Shown here: positions 13,993 through 22,835 of the stretch, piece after piece
Layout: every line of letters starts with the position of its first letter
Position numbering within the stretch: position 1 is the stretch's first letter
Source of the DNA: a virus
Lineage: Duplodnaviria > Caudoviricetes
DNA: 27,433 nucleotides
Virus record (IMG/VR): IMGVR_UViG_3300032291_003218
Coordinates: 1-27,433 of that record
Strand: one strand, 5' to 3'
Translations under genes and position numbers: made by a program
The notes under the pieces: generated by a model
Database searches by the model: none
Told to the model about the DNA's origin: nothing
The model's input: only the letters and a program-made list of their open reading frames with translations

Positions 13993-16367
13993 ATTCTTAA
14001 AATTACGATTTGACTTGTTTGTGTTGTTCCGTCTTGGTAAATGTATTCGCAGTCAACCGATATAACATCGTTTCTTCCTTCGGTTTCTAATTGTATTCCG
14101 CCTTCGGTTATTCTTAGTTGTGCGTCTTCCGTTGCTCGGTCTATATCGCCGATAATTGGCGGTAAACTTATTCTTAATGTTTGTGAAGCCGTTATCGAAG
14201 TAGGAGTTATAATTACTCCAGTATTTGGCGAAGTAAAGTTAATTAAGGTTGCGAAATTTGGTAGCGTAATTGGCACGGTTACATCGTCTTGCGCTTCGCC
14301 AGTTTGAATAACACGAAGTGGAAATAACGGCATAAAATCGTTAAGTAATTGGAACGTACTTTCTCCCGTTACTAAATTCGTTTTCATTTCGTTAATTAGG
14401 TAACGCTTGTCTCGAATAATTAACCTATCGTTTAACCTTAAATTAGTTAGAATCCCAACGGGTAAATTCGTCTTAACGGTTGTTAGTCGGTTCTTAGGGT
14501 TAAATAAGTTAGTTAAGTAAGGAAAATAATACGTCGCGAAAATTGATTGCTGAATCGGAGTTAACCAATAAGAAGAAGTTTCGGGCGCGAAGTTAGTGGA
14601 GTAGTTTATTCCGTTGTCCGTTAAATCTTGTCCGAACATCATATAATGATTTGTTTGAAATAAACTAATTCCGTCCGTAAAGTGTATATGGCTTGTTATA
14701 TTAACCCTTCCGTATTTATACAATAAACACGGCTTTGGTATGTAAGGCGCGTAGGCTTGGTCTAACGCATATCCTACTTGTAAACCCGTTGGAGTTCCTG
14801 AATGTGTAAATTGATTAAACAAAAGGTTTTCAAAAGGAACTTTAATCGTAAACTCCCCGCCGTCGTATGGATATTGATATTCCGTGTTTCCGTATTCCTT
14901 TAACCCCTGCTCAAAGTAGGCTTTATTCATTAGCGAGTTAGATTGCTCAAACGCGAATCCTATTTTCTTGTAAAGTTTTACTCGGTCTATTCCTATTTCG
15001 GTTTTATCCGTGAACTCGGTAATATCTATAATTGCGCCCGTCGCGTACCAGTCTTCTAAAGGGATAATCGTATATTCGTTTACCCCACTACCATAACACG
15101 TTAAGTTAAATTGCTTTAAGATTCCTGATATAAAATCTTGAACTTTCATTTGTGGCGCAAGTTGTGCTAAGTCCGTTTTTGCCAATAAGTTTAACGTTCC
15201 GCAGTTGTAACGTACTAAATCAGTTTGCGGAATCGGTGGCGCAATTATGTATAAAAATTCGTACTCGATTTGGCTATTGATAGTTAGCGCAAAACTGGCT
15301 CGTAATTCAAAGCGCCAAACATCTTGTAATCCGAGTGGGTTTGTGGTCGTAGCTAAAACGTAGTTAGCAACTCCAACCCCTTGAGTAGTTGAAAACAAAG
15401 CGCCGTTTAAGTACGTATCGATAAAATAAGGAATTGTCGAACTACTTACGGAAGTTACTTTGTAAGTAATTTTGTGGTTTATTCCCGTAGGTACTTGAAT
15501 GTAAGAAGTTGTTATAGTGTTGTTTGTAACGTCTACCGCCGTTGTTAAATCAAAATACGCGATAGGTTGTTGGTAAGACAAAGTAGTTATGTCTAGGTCA
15601 TTTGATTGCCCTACGAACTCGAAGTCGTTTTTATTCTTGTACCATAGATATGCTTGAGTAAACTTCGGGTCGGTTAAAAATGCGCCGTTAAAAGTTATTC
15701 CATAGTGCAAACCGATAATATCAAAAATTGATTTTACTCGTAATGCAGGAAATAACTCGCGGTAATTTATCGCGCCTGCGTTCGTATGAATATCGTTTGA
15801 AGTTGAACCTAAAAACGGAACTAACCAATTAGGTACATTTGCCACGGGTACGGTGGATAGGTATTCCCATATTCGATTAGAAGTAATTAGCGGGTAACAT
15901 ACGTCATAATCAACCGTTGTAGTTCTTATTCGATTAAACACTTCCGTAAACGTGTAATCGTGGTTTACTGTTGAATAGTCAAGATTGCTTAATAGGTCTT
16001 CGCCTACCAAGTCTTTAAGCGTGGTAACATCGCCGTAAAAAGTAATCGTGTAGGAGTTGGGTTGTCCGTTTTTTAGTTGCGACTTTTCCATTTGGATTTT
16101 ACCCCTGCGGAAAAATGTCATATCTATTTCAATATAGCCGTCTAAGCGTTCTTGGTAGTTAATTGAACTATTAACCGCGTTTTCGTAAAAGTATTCCCAT
16201 ACCGCGTTATTACGTGCGCTCGTAGGTATTGTAAACGACTGCGAAAAGTCCGTAAACGTCTTGGAAATATCCTGAATGTTTTGAATCGTGGAATTTACTT
16301 CGATTGTTTCGTCCGAGAATAAATCTAACTCCCTACCCTCAACAAAAATCCTTACTTGCCTTTTCAT
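13989..16367 (-). CDS. tail tip / minor tail protein
   Basis: LDLF.DE.I...I..I.DI...FSQSFTIP.S..N N-terminus typical of siphovirus tail proteins; 792 aa. Confidence 0.7.
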   Translation of the reverse strand: MKRQVRIFVEGRELDLFSDETIEVNSTIQNIQDISKTFTDFSQSFTIPTSARNNAVWEYFYENAVNSSINYQERLDGYIEIDMTFFRRGKIQMEKSQLKNGQPNSYTITFYGDVTTLKDLVGEDLLSNLDYSTVNHDYTFTEVFNRIRTTTVDYDVCYPLITSNRIWEYLSTVPVANVPNWLVPFLGSTSNDIHTNAGAINYRELFPALRVKSIFDIIGLHYGITFNGAFLTDPKFTQAYLWYKNKNDFEFVGQSNDLDITTLSYQQPIAYFDLTTAVDVTNNTITTSYIQVPTGINHKITYKVTSVSSSTIPYFIDTYLNGALFSTTQGVGVANYVLATTTNPLGLQDVWRFELRASFALTINSQIEYEFLYIIAPPIPQTDLVRYNCGTLNLLAKTDLAQLAPQMKVQDFISGILKQFNLTCYGSGVNEYTIIPLEDWYATGAIIDITEFTDKTEIGIDRVKLYKKIGFAFEQSNSLMNKAYFEQGLKEYGNTEYQYPYDGGEFTIKVPFENLLFNQFTHSGTPTGLQVGYALDQAYAPYIPKPCLLYKYGRVNITSHIHFTDGISLFQTNHYMMFGQDLTDNGINYSTNFAPETSSYWLTPIQQSIFATYYFPYLTNLFNPKNRLTTVKTNLPVGILTNLRLNDRLIIRDKRYLINEMKTNLVTGESTFQLLNDFMPLFPLRVIQTGEAQDDVTVPITLPNFATLINFTSPNTGVIITPTSITASQTLRISLPPIIGDIDRATEDAQLRITEGGIQLETEGRNDVISVDCEYIYQDGTTQTSQIVILRI

Positions 16368-17452
16368 TAGATTACGTTATTAATTAAGTCGGTTGAACTT
16401 TCGAATTCCAAAGGGTAATTTATTTGCTTCGTGTTTATGTTCTTTTGTTTTTCAAGTTCCTTCGTTTTCATTTTAACTGGAACTCCGTTTAATAAAATTC
16501 GTTCGCTTAAAAGTAGTTGTTGAAGGTTATTCGAAAACGTTTCGTCAACCCAACCCGTGTTAACTCGGTAAGATATTATCCCGTTCGTGTTGAAGGTTTG
16601 TCGTTGGTTTAAGTCGGGGTCGTAACTCGCGAACGGACTCGAAAATTCTTGCATTAAGTTAAACTCGGTTGCCGTTGTGGCTAAACTTTCGTAGGAAGCC
16701 TTAAACATAAATTCACGCTGCCACGCGCCAAATTTATTTATAAAATCTATTACCACTGGCTCGTATAAACATTCTTCGATAGGATAAAAAGTGGATTCCC
16801 AAAGAATAGCCGAACCTAATTTAATTCGTAAGATATTACCCGTTAAATAATACGCAGGACGAACCCTATAAAGATTATAAACATTATCCGAAGCAATCGT
16901 ATAAGAATGCGTTAAACCCGTTTGAAGTTGCTCATATTCTACGGTGTAACCCGTAGGCAAATAAGCCGTAAAAGTTCCCGCGCGTTCAAGTGGATTAACC
17001 GAAGGGTTGTTATTTGCGTCCGCCCAATAAAAATAATTTTGTTCGTTAAGGTGGTAAAATTCCAACTGCATTGGATTCATACCTTCCGAATAATATCCGT
17101 ATCCGTCAAACGCTTGGTAAGTTAACGTATCTAAAAGAACGTAAGACGTTACCAAAAGTTTATAACGTTTGATTTGAACCATTGTATATTGTTCCGTGCC
17201 TAATAAAGCGTTATCCGAAGCGTAGTTGTTTACAAAATTATTATGGTTAATTGCTTCCAATAAATACGGAGAAACGTTGTAAAGCGTTTGCGTATTGTTA
17301 CTCGCAGGGATTAATTTTTGCAGTGTGTAAGTTGGCGAAGTTGGCGGGGTTGTCCCGTTCGGGTAAATGTAAAGTTCGACTTTACTTCCTGATTGCCCTA
17401 CTTCGTTAACCTCAATTATAAACGGGGAACGTGCGTAAATGTTAGTAGCCAT
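16367..17452 (-). CDS. putative tail (baseplate/distal) structural protein
   Basis: RSPF, F.NKFGAWQ, NTGWV.E...QLLLSE motifs; lies among tail genes. Confidence 0.55.
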   Translation of the reverse strand: MATNIYARSPFIIEVNEVGQSGSKVELYIYPNGTTPPTSPTYTLQKLIPASNNTQTLYNVSPYLLEAINHNNFVNNYASDNALLGTEQYTMVQIKRYKLLVTSYVLLDTLTYQAFDGYGYYSEGMNPMQLEFYHLNEQNYFYWADANNNPSVNPLERAGTFTAYLPTGYTVEYEQLQTGLTHSYTIASDNVYNLYRVRPAYYLTGNILRIKLGSAILWESTFYPIEECLYEPVVIDFINKFGAWQREFMFKASYESLATTATEFNLMQEFSSPFASYDPDLNQRQTFNTNGIISYRVNTGWVDETFSNNLQQLLLSERILLNGVPVKMKTKELEKQKNINTKQINYPLEFESSTDLINNVI

Positions 17453-17975
17453 AATTCTTAAAATTTTCTTTCATTATTGTATCGAAGGTTTCTTGCGCTT
17501 CTAATCCGTAAGCGTCTATTAATTCGTTTGGTAAATTCTTAAATGCGTACTTAAAAGGCTTGGTAAAAAACATCGAAGGTTTAATTCCTTTATTCCAAAT
17601 TGAGCGCGTTATAATCATAGCCGTAGCGTCGCTACTTATGAACCTTCCTTTTTTATCTCGGAATTGGATTCGTCTTTGCTTAACCCATTTTTTAATCCCT
17701 TGAGTTAAACCGCCTTTTTTTCCCGTTCCTGAACCAAACTTAAACCCGCTTAAACTTCTTCCGCTTCGTACACCGCGAACTCCTTGGTCTTGGTAAAATC
17801 CGTATTCTTCCATTTCAAAGAAAAAACGAATTGAATTCGGCATTACCTTAATTTCTGCGCCTAAAGATTGCTTAAGTTTACCCGAAGCATTTTTACTTCG
17901 TAGGTTACTTTTCGCCTTAGCTATTACATAGTCGCGAAATTCCTCGAGTGCTTTAAGTTGTAGTTCCTTATCCAT
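17442..17975 (-). CDS. putative tail completion / neck protein (start revised to 17975)
   Basis: Basic 177-aa protein, SG.L..S, YG...D.GV.G, I...GIKP..F; TAATG coupling. Confidence 0.55.
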   Translation of the reverse strand: MDKELQLKALEEFRDYVIAKAKSNLRSKNASGKLKQSLGAEIKVMPNSIRFFFEMEEYGFYQDQGVRGVRSGRSLSGFKFGSGTGKKGGLTQGIKKWVKQRRIQFRDKKGRFISSDATAMIITRSIWNKGIKPSMFFTKPFKYAFKNLPNELIDAYGLEAQETFDTIMKENFKNYGY

Positions 17976-18430
17976 TAACAAATAGTCATATCGTTAGGGA
18001 AATCAACATCGAAAGTCATCGCCCAACCTGCTAAGTAGTTTTCAAAGCGTTCTACAAAAGGTTCGCAAGTAGGCGCACCGTTTAACTGATAAAGGTTGTC
18101 CCAAATGTTTCCGTGTTTTAACATTTCAAACGCTCGGTTCAAAATTGCTAACTGAGTGTTTAGAACATCTATTTCGTTGTCCGAAGTTTCGAATTTTGTT
18201 GTCGGTTCCTCTTTGCGTTGGCTTACGTTATCCATAGCCATTAACGTTACATTCGCAGTCATTACGTTGTCGTTAAACGTAACTTGGTTTACCATAATGT
18301 GAACCAACGGGAATAAGTTTTGTTTGCCTAAGTCCACGTTAAAAATTGAACCTTGCGTAATGGTGTTCACTAACGGGTCGGCCGTAAAGTGGGTGTTAAG
18401 TTCGTTTAATAAGGAGTAGTATCCATTCAT
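17975..18430 (-). CDS. putative tail terminator
   Basis: 151 aa, acidic, FPL.H, EPF.ERF....AGW motif. Confidence 0.55.
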   Translation of the reverse strand: MNGYYSLLNELNTHFTADPLVNTITQGSIFNVDLGKQNLFPLVHIMVNQVTFNDNVMTANVTLMAMDNVSQRKEEPTTKFETSDNEIDVLNTQLAILNRAFEMLKHGNIWDNLYQLNGAPTCEPFVERFENYLAGWAMTFDVDFPNDMTIC

Positions 18431-18483
18431 TTGTTATTCAATTTATAATTAGCCAAATGTGTTATTTTAATTTAGTTTTGGCT

Positions 18484-18759
18484 TCATTTGTTATTCTTTT
18501 TAATTTCCATTAATTCGATTTCGTTTTTTTCTGCTTCGAATGTGAGATAGGTAAGACATTTATAAAGTCCGTATTTAGTAACTTCGTCGTATCTTGTAAC
18601 ATCGCCTTTAGCGAGTCCATAGATGCTTGAATACCAACCCCACTTTTTACCGAATTGAGTTCTTGCGCTAAAGTCGCTTGTTCGGTCTCGTTCATCTTCA
18701 TCAACTCCGTCTCTAAATAATTTAGGGTAGCGCTTAATAACTCGCTTCCTAAAGTCCAA
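18484..18759 (-). CDS. -1 frameshift extension of 18510..19247 (predicted 254-aa fusion)
   Basis: Frame entered at T9 run (18766-18758); protein-like KKWGWYSSIYGLAKGD...CLTYLTFE; only a TTG start. Confidence 0.7.
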   Translation of the reverse strand: MDFRKRVIKRYPKLFRDGVDEDERDRTSDFSARTQFGKKWGWYSSIYGLAKGDVTRYDEVTKYGLYKCLTYLTFEAEKNEIELMEIKKNNK

Positions 18760-19247
18760 AAAAAAACCGAAGCCGAAATCGCTACGTCCATTGGCGCGAA
18801 CTTCATTAACTCGCCGTATTCCCCTGCGCCCGTGTATTCAATTATTTCGTACTTTTCCCCGTCTTTGATTTTAATTGGTCGATACATTACCGCCATTGCT
18901 TTGTGGAAATCGTCCCACTTCGACAAATAGTTATCTAAGTCGACGTACTCCCCGAAACTTATATTCTCAAGGTCGGTAATAAACCCAAACTCAAGGTCTT
19001 TAATTTTGAACGTAGGCTTAAATTTTGGTTTTTCAGCGAATATATTTTTGAAGTGAACTATTAAGTCGTTAACGCTTGTTAGTTTCATTTTAACAACGTC
19101 CTTTAGTTCTATTCCGCAAAAGATTTCTATCATTTTCTGCGCGATAAATTCTTCGTCGTTTGACGATTGCTGCAACTTCAGGAACTTTTGATAGTTCACT
19201 AAAGGGATTTCGCTAATTGAACTTGGTACGGTTATTTCTAACTTCAT
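18510..19247 (-). CDS. putative tail assembly chaperone
   Basis: FGFI..LE.I.FGEYVDL, MAV.YRP, ends conserved-looking part at ..SVFFW slippery site. Confidence 0.65.
   Translation of the reverse strand: MKLEITVPSSISEIPLVNYQKFLKLQQSSNDEEFIAQKMIEIFCGIELKDVVKMKLTSVNDLIVHFKNIFAEKPKFKPTFKIKDLEFGFITDLENISFGEYVDLDNYLSKWDDFHKAMAVMYRPIKIKDGEKYEIIEYTGAGEYGELMKFAPMDVAISASVFFWTLGSELLSATLNYLETELMKMNETEQATLAQELNSVKSGVGIQASMDSLKAMLQDTTKLLNTDFINVLPISHSKQKKTKSN
18721..18765 (-). other. programmed -1 frameshift signal
   Basis: Heptamer T TTT TTT (18765-18759), 5-nt spacer, hairpin TTTAGG-A-AGCG...CGCT-AC-CCTAAA (18753-18721). Confidence 0.7.
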
Positions 19248-19277
19248 ATTTATTAAACTATTTATTCGTGTTTTTGT
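19248..19277 (-). promoter_or_regulatory. candidate late promoter
   Basis: ACAAAAACACGAATAAATAGTTTAATAAAT-ATG; first 11 nt identical to the 7956 copy. Confidence 0.65.
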
Positions 19278-19440
19278 AATTCACTACGTGTTCGTGCGCC
19301 TTAATAAGCATATCAAAGTGCGCTGTAAATCGTGCCATATTATTAAACACTATTCGAACGCGTTTGCCAGTTCGTTCGTATATGTATTCCTCTACTCGAG
19401 AAATCATTACTTGTAAATCGTTCGTTTTATCGTATTGCAT
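19258..19440 (-). CDS. hypothetical protein
   Basis: 60-aa ORF overlapping terL end; VEEYIYERTGK.V.I. Confidence 0.7.
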   Translation of the reverse strand: MQYDKTNDLQVMISRVEEYIYERTGKRVRIVFNNMARFTAHFDMLIKAHEHVVNYKNTNK

Positions 19441-20587
19441 AGCTTCCGTATGTTGCGCCTATTCCCAAAGTTTCCATTTCGTGGTATCTTAAAGCGTCTA
19501 TTGCGTGGTTATTAAAGTCGATAGGTTTCCTTAATCGTCTTCCCGTTTTATCCGTGTCCCAAATATACGAACGAAGTTCTTTAATTAAATCCACGCTTTG
19601 GCTTGTTACTAAATAATCTTGTCGCTGCATTACGTCTATTCCGTAGTTAATTGAATCCTTACCCTTGGTTACTCCTTTAATCGTTATCCCTAAGCGTCTT
19701 ATTTCTTCGATACTTTTAGGCTCGGAAGAATCCGCATATACTATTACGTTTTTTGGTAGGCGCTTCGCTATTTCACTATTTACTAACCCGTTTTGGTAAA
19801 CAATTTGGTTTACTATTCTTTGTCCGTTATATGCGTAAATTTCAATTATCGCGGTCGGGTCGTTCGTATATCCAAAATCTAATCCTATACCTAACAACCT
19901 TGCTTCCTTTGGTATGGTGTCTATTGTTTTCCAATTACTGAAAACAACCCCCTCGAGCATTCCGAGTTGTCCTTCGCCGTAAACCTTCCACCAGTTCGCC
20001 CAATAAGAACTAGTCTTTGCTTTGTCTCGGTTCTTTTCGATTTGTTCTACTATTGATTGGTCTAACGCTTCGTTATCTTTATAGGTAAGAATCAGGAAGT
20101 CCGAATCGGGTTCGTCTTTTAGTTCCGTGTGAACCCAAAATTCGTTAGCAGGGTTAAAATCCAAGTAAACTTCCTTTCGTGTTCGTATAGCCAACTCGTT
20201 GTAAGCGTCAAAGGTTACATTATTACATTCGTTTATGTAAAGAATATCGCGCCTTGCACCACGGAGTTTGCTCGAATCGTCTGCGGAAAAGAATTCAATT
20301 ACCGAACCATTTGCGAACTCATAACGAAGTAACGACTTGTTAAACCTATCCTCGAAGAATCTGCCCGTCCATTTCATTATCTTTAAGAAGTCCTTTAACG
20401 CGCCCCGTCTTAAATGTGGGATTGTTTCCGCAACTACGCTTATTTCTATTCCTTCCGTTCGTGCGGCTCTATCAATTAACACTGGGAGAATTCCAAACGT
20501 CTTACCCGCCGAAGTTCCACCCTGAATAATCTTAATTCGTTTCTTAAGATTCAGTATCTTCTTGATTGCCGTCGTTTTCCGAAACAT
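19427..20587 (-). CDS. terL: terminase large subunit, PBSX family
   Basis: QGGTSAGKT Walker A, ILYINE, DFNP, GLDFG..NDPT, ADSSEP, NHAIDALRY. Confidence 0.95.
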   Translation of the reverse strand: MFRKTTAIKKILNLKKRIKIIQGGTSAGKTFGILPVLIDRAARTEGIEISVVAETIPHLRRGALKDFLKIMKWTGRFFEDRFNKSLLRYEFANGSVIEFFSADDSSKLRGARRDILYINECNNVTFDAYNELAIRTRKEVYLDFNPANEFWVHTELKDEPDSDFLILTYKDNEALDQSIVEQIEKNRDKAKTSSYWANWWKVYGEGQLGMLEGVVFSNWKTIDTIPKEARLLGIGLDFGYTNDPTAIIEIYAYNGQRIVNQIVYQNGLVNSEIAKRLPKNVIVYADSSEPKSIEEIRRLGITIKGVTKGKDSINYGIDVMQRQDYLVTSQSVDLIKELRSYIWDTDKTGRRLRKPIDFNNHAIDALRYHEMETLGIGATYGSYAIR

Positions 20588-20993
20588 CGGGGAAAAGTGG
20601 TTGTTCTACGTTTGTAATTTCTTTTTTCTCTACCAAGTTGTTTAGACGCGCCGTTATGCTTGGGTTGTATATCCCTGCCATACCCCCGCCGATTTGGTCG
20701 CTTCGAACTTCCTTGCGTATGCGTGTAGCGATAGTTAAAAATCTCTTGTACCTTCCGTTCGTGTTTGCGAAATAGTGGCTTAAATCGCCTATAACGCCCA
20801 AGTCTGCGCAATAACATTCAAAGCCTTCTATGGTTAACGGACGTTCCAGTTCGCTATATTCACTTCTTCCTTCCTTACCTACAAAAGTGTGTTTAAGAAT
20901 TGGGTTTTGCTTTACTTGTCTTTTGTACTCTTGGAATAAATCCCAAAGGTGTTCGGGACTTTGTATCTTAGTGCTTCCTAACGGTCTTCCCAT
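20544..20993 (-). CDS. terS: terminase small subunit (P22 gp3-like)
   Basis: MGRP..., RPLTIEG, AGIYNPSITARL; overlaps terL start by 44 nt. Confidence 0.8.
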   Translation of the reverse strand: MGRPLGSTKIQSPEHLWDLFQEYKRQVKQNPILKHTFVGKEGRSEYSELERPLTIEGFECYCADLGVIGDLSHYFANTNGRYKRFLTIATRIRKEVRSDQIGGGMAGIYNPSITARLNNLVEKKEITNVEQPLFPDVSENDGNQEDTES

Positions 20994-21150
20994 TGTTTTC
21001 GTGTTTTAATAGGTTTTCTTCATAAGTAGATGAACAAACCGCCAAACGTTGGTCGGTGTTATCGTATTCTTTTATCATTACGTCGTCTACCATACAACGT
21101 AGCACGAATTCTTTTTTAGATTCGTCTTTATTCGGCTTCGGTATCGGCAT
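20968..21150 (-). CDS. hypothetical protein
   Basis: MPIPKP...EF..RCM...QRLAVC. Confidence 0.7.
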   Translation of the reverse strand: MPIPKPNKDESKKEFVLRCMVDDVMIKEYDNTDQRLAVCSSTYEENLLKHENNGKTVRKH

Positions 21151-21523
21151 TTTGTTCGGCTTTATAAACTGCGTAAAGTTGGTTTAGTTTGTTTACGATT
21201 TCACGTAAGCAAGAACCGCACGAAGTTGGTTGTACTCGTTCGTGTAAAACTCGGTTGTAAATCTTTAGTAACTCCCGTTGTTCGCTTGGACTTACGCTAC
21301 TTCTTCCCCTATTATAAAACGTATCTAAATATGCGTATTCGTCTTCCGTTAGGCATTCAGGTTTCTTATATCTCCAAAGTTCGTTTAGTTTTGCTTTGCG
21401 TTCATCGCACCCGCAGTCTTCGCCCATTACCCATTTAGCAACTTTTGCGATTCCTGTAACTTCTAAAATGTTTTCGACGGTGTCTCCTAAACCTTCCGCT
21501 TGTTTTTTTCTTGGTCTTCCCAT
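21128..21523 (-). CDS. hypothetical protein with Cys motifs
   Basis: GLGDT, DCGCDERK..LN, SCGSC. Confidence 0.75.
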   Translation of the reverse strand: MGRPRKKQAEGLGDTVENILEVTGIAKVAKWVMGEDCGCDERKAKLNELWRYKKPECLTEDEYAYLDTFYNRGRSSVSPSEQRELLKIYNRVLHERVQPTSCGSCLREIVNKLNQLYAVYKAEQNADTEAE

Positions 21524-21530
21524 AACTTAT

Positions 21531-22061
21531 TTATTTAATTAATTCGTAATCTTCATTTTTGTAGTCCGTGTAATCTTCTCCAACGGCTAATCTTATTTTT
21601 TGTTTGCAGTTCTTTAGCGTGTTGAAAATGCTACTTGAACTTATTTTTGTTTCGGCTGCTATGTCCCTTATGCTTAAATCCGTGTCTCGATATAGTTCGA
21701 ATAACTTTTGGTCGTACCAGTGCCACGAATCTACTTCGTTTTCTATTTTACCCAAAATCTTTAAGTAGGCTTCGTGTTTATCTAATTGGCTCGGTTCGTC
21801 TTTTATTTGTATTGCCTCAATATCAAACCCCTCAAACTTTCCTTTATTACGTACCCCATAAAGATACATATTACGTAAAGTGAAATACATAAATCCTTTA
21901 TTGATTTGACCATTTGTTATTACGTTTTCAGGTTTACAATACTTATACAATCGAAGGTAACATTCTTGTACAAGGTCTTCAGCGTATAAATCTTCGCCAA
22001 AACTTTTAACTAATTTTACCCATTCTTTATGGTCTTTTGCCACGTCTTTAAGCCATTCCAT
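21531..22061 (-). CDS. phage-encoded sigma70-family (ECF-like) sigma factor
   Basis: Region 2 AEDLVQE.YL...LRN; region 4 HTH LSIRDIAAETKIS.SSI.NTL. Confidence 0.85.
   Translation of the reverse strand: MEWLKDVAKDHKEWVKLVKSFGEDLYAEDLVQECYLRLYKYCKPENVITNGQINKGFMYFTLRNMYLYGVRNKGKFEGFDIEAIQIKDEPSQLDKHEAYLKILGKIENEVDSWHWYDQKLFELYRDTDLSIRDIAAETKISSSSIFNTLKNCKQKIRLAVGEDYTDYKNEDYELIK
21538..21562 (-). promoter_or_regulatory. candidate first late promoter inside sigma gene 3' end
   Basis: ACAAAAATGAAGATTACGAATTAAT with the same ACA-N16-RTT spacing; ATG 21523 is 9 nt further than in other copies. Confidence 0.4.
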
Positions 22062-22077
22062 ACGCTTAGTTTGTTGT

Positions 22078-22110
22078 CAAATATAATGATTAATTTCTAA
22101 TCACAACAAA
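22078..22110 (-). promoter_or_regulatory. Bacteroidota primary-sigma promoter for sigma factor gene
   Basis: TTTG (22110-22107)-21 nt-TATATTTG (22085-22078). Confidence 0.75.
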
Positions 22111-22114
22111 ACAT

Positions 22115-22141
22115 AAAAAAAAGCCACCTTATTCGGGTGGC
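22115..22141 (-). terminator. intrinsic terminator ending replication/recombination operon
   Basis: GCCACC-CGAATAA-GGTGGC-T8. Confidence 0.85.
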
Positions 22142-22344
22142 AATCCATTGTAAAAACGATAAACGAACGCGTCTAACTTCTTTGCAGTTTCTAAACTCAC
22201 TGGTTTACCGAGTAGGAACCTATCTAAGTTATACTGGTGCATTTTGTGTCCTCGTTCTTTTATTTCGGTTACTATTTGGTTTCGTGTTTTTGTTTCTAGA
22301 ATCTTACGCAAGTAACCTCGTAAGGAGTAGTCGTCTATAAACAT
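22129..22344 (-). CDS. small HTH-like protein (start revised to 22344)
   Basis: MFIDD...HQYNLDRFLLGKPVSLETAKKL resembles XRE-type helix pattern. Confidence 0.6.
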   Translation of the reverse strand: MFIDDYSLRGYLRKILETKTRNQIVTEIKERGHKMHQYNLDRFLLGKPVSLETAKKLDAFVYRFYNGLPPE

Positions 22345-22345
22345 A

Positions 22346-22585
22346 TTAAAAAGGTAAATCGTCTTTCTCAATTATTTGCGTGTGGACTTGTTTCGGGGTT
22401 TCGTTCACGTAAGGCTCGCTAAATGAACACGAAAAGTATTTTAATCCTTTCGAAGATTCTTTAAGCCAAAGTGCTATTTCCATTTCTTTTCCGTTTACGT
22501 TTACTTTTCCTCGGTAGTCGGGTTGCTTTTCATTCGTCTTTTTGTCGTTCTTAAAAATTGCACCGCTGTTTACTTTTGTTTCCAT
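22346..22585 (-). CDS. putative single-stranded DNA-binding protein
   Basis: GAIFKN.KK...PDY.G.......ALW; acidic DDLPF C-terminus. Confidence 0.7.
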   Translation of the reverse strand: METKVNSGAIFKNDKKTNEKQPDYRGKVNVNGKEMEIALWLKESSKGLKYFSCSFSEPYVNETPKQVHTQIIEKDDLPF

Positions 22586-22586
22586 A

Positions 22587-22835
22587 TTACTTAATTAAAT
22601 TTATTACAATTATTACTCCCGTTACATATCCAAAGGCTAACGAGCAAGCCATTTTAATTCGTTCGTTCCAGTTTTCCGATTCAACCATATACCCCGCAAA
22701 AGGTAAACCTAGAAACGGACTTATAAAAGCGAAGAATAACATTCCTAACGTTTTTGCTTCCGAAACGTATCTAATGTAAAACGTTGAACATATTTCGATA
22801 ATTAACGCGCTTAAAAAGATTATTCCGTACTTCAT
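22587..22835 (-). CDS. small membrane protein
   Basis: Three hydrophobic segments in 82 aa. Confidence 0.65.
   Translation of the reverse strand: MKYGIIFLSALIIEICSTFYIRYVSEAKTLGMLFFAFISPFLGLPFAGYMVESENWNERIKMACSLAFGYVTGVIIVINLIK

Noticed and set aside
18431-18462. Possible further late promoter before 18430
   Set aside because: ACA lies 30 nt upstream but the RTT element is off by one base and the flanks do not match; too weak to call.
20551-20817. Alternate-frame ORF inside terS
   Set aside because: Arg-rich off-frame reading with no supporting signal.
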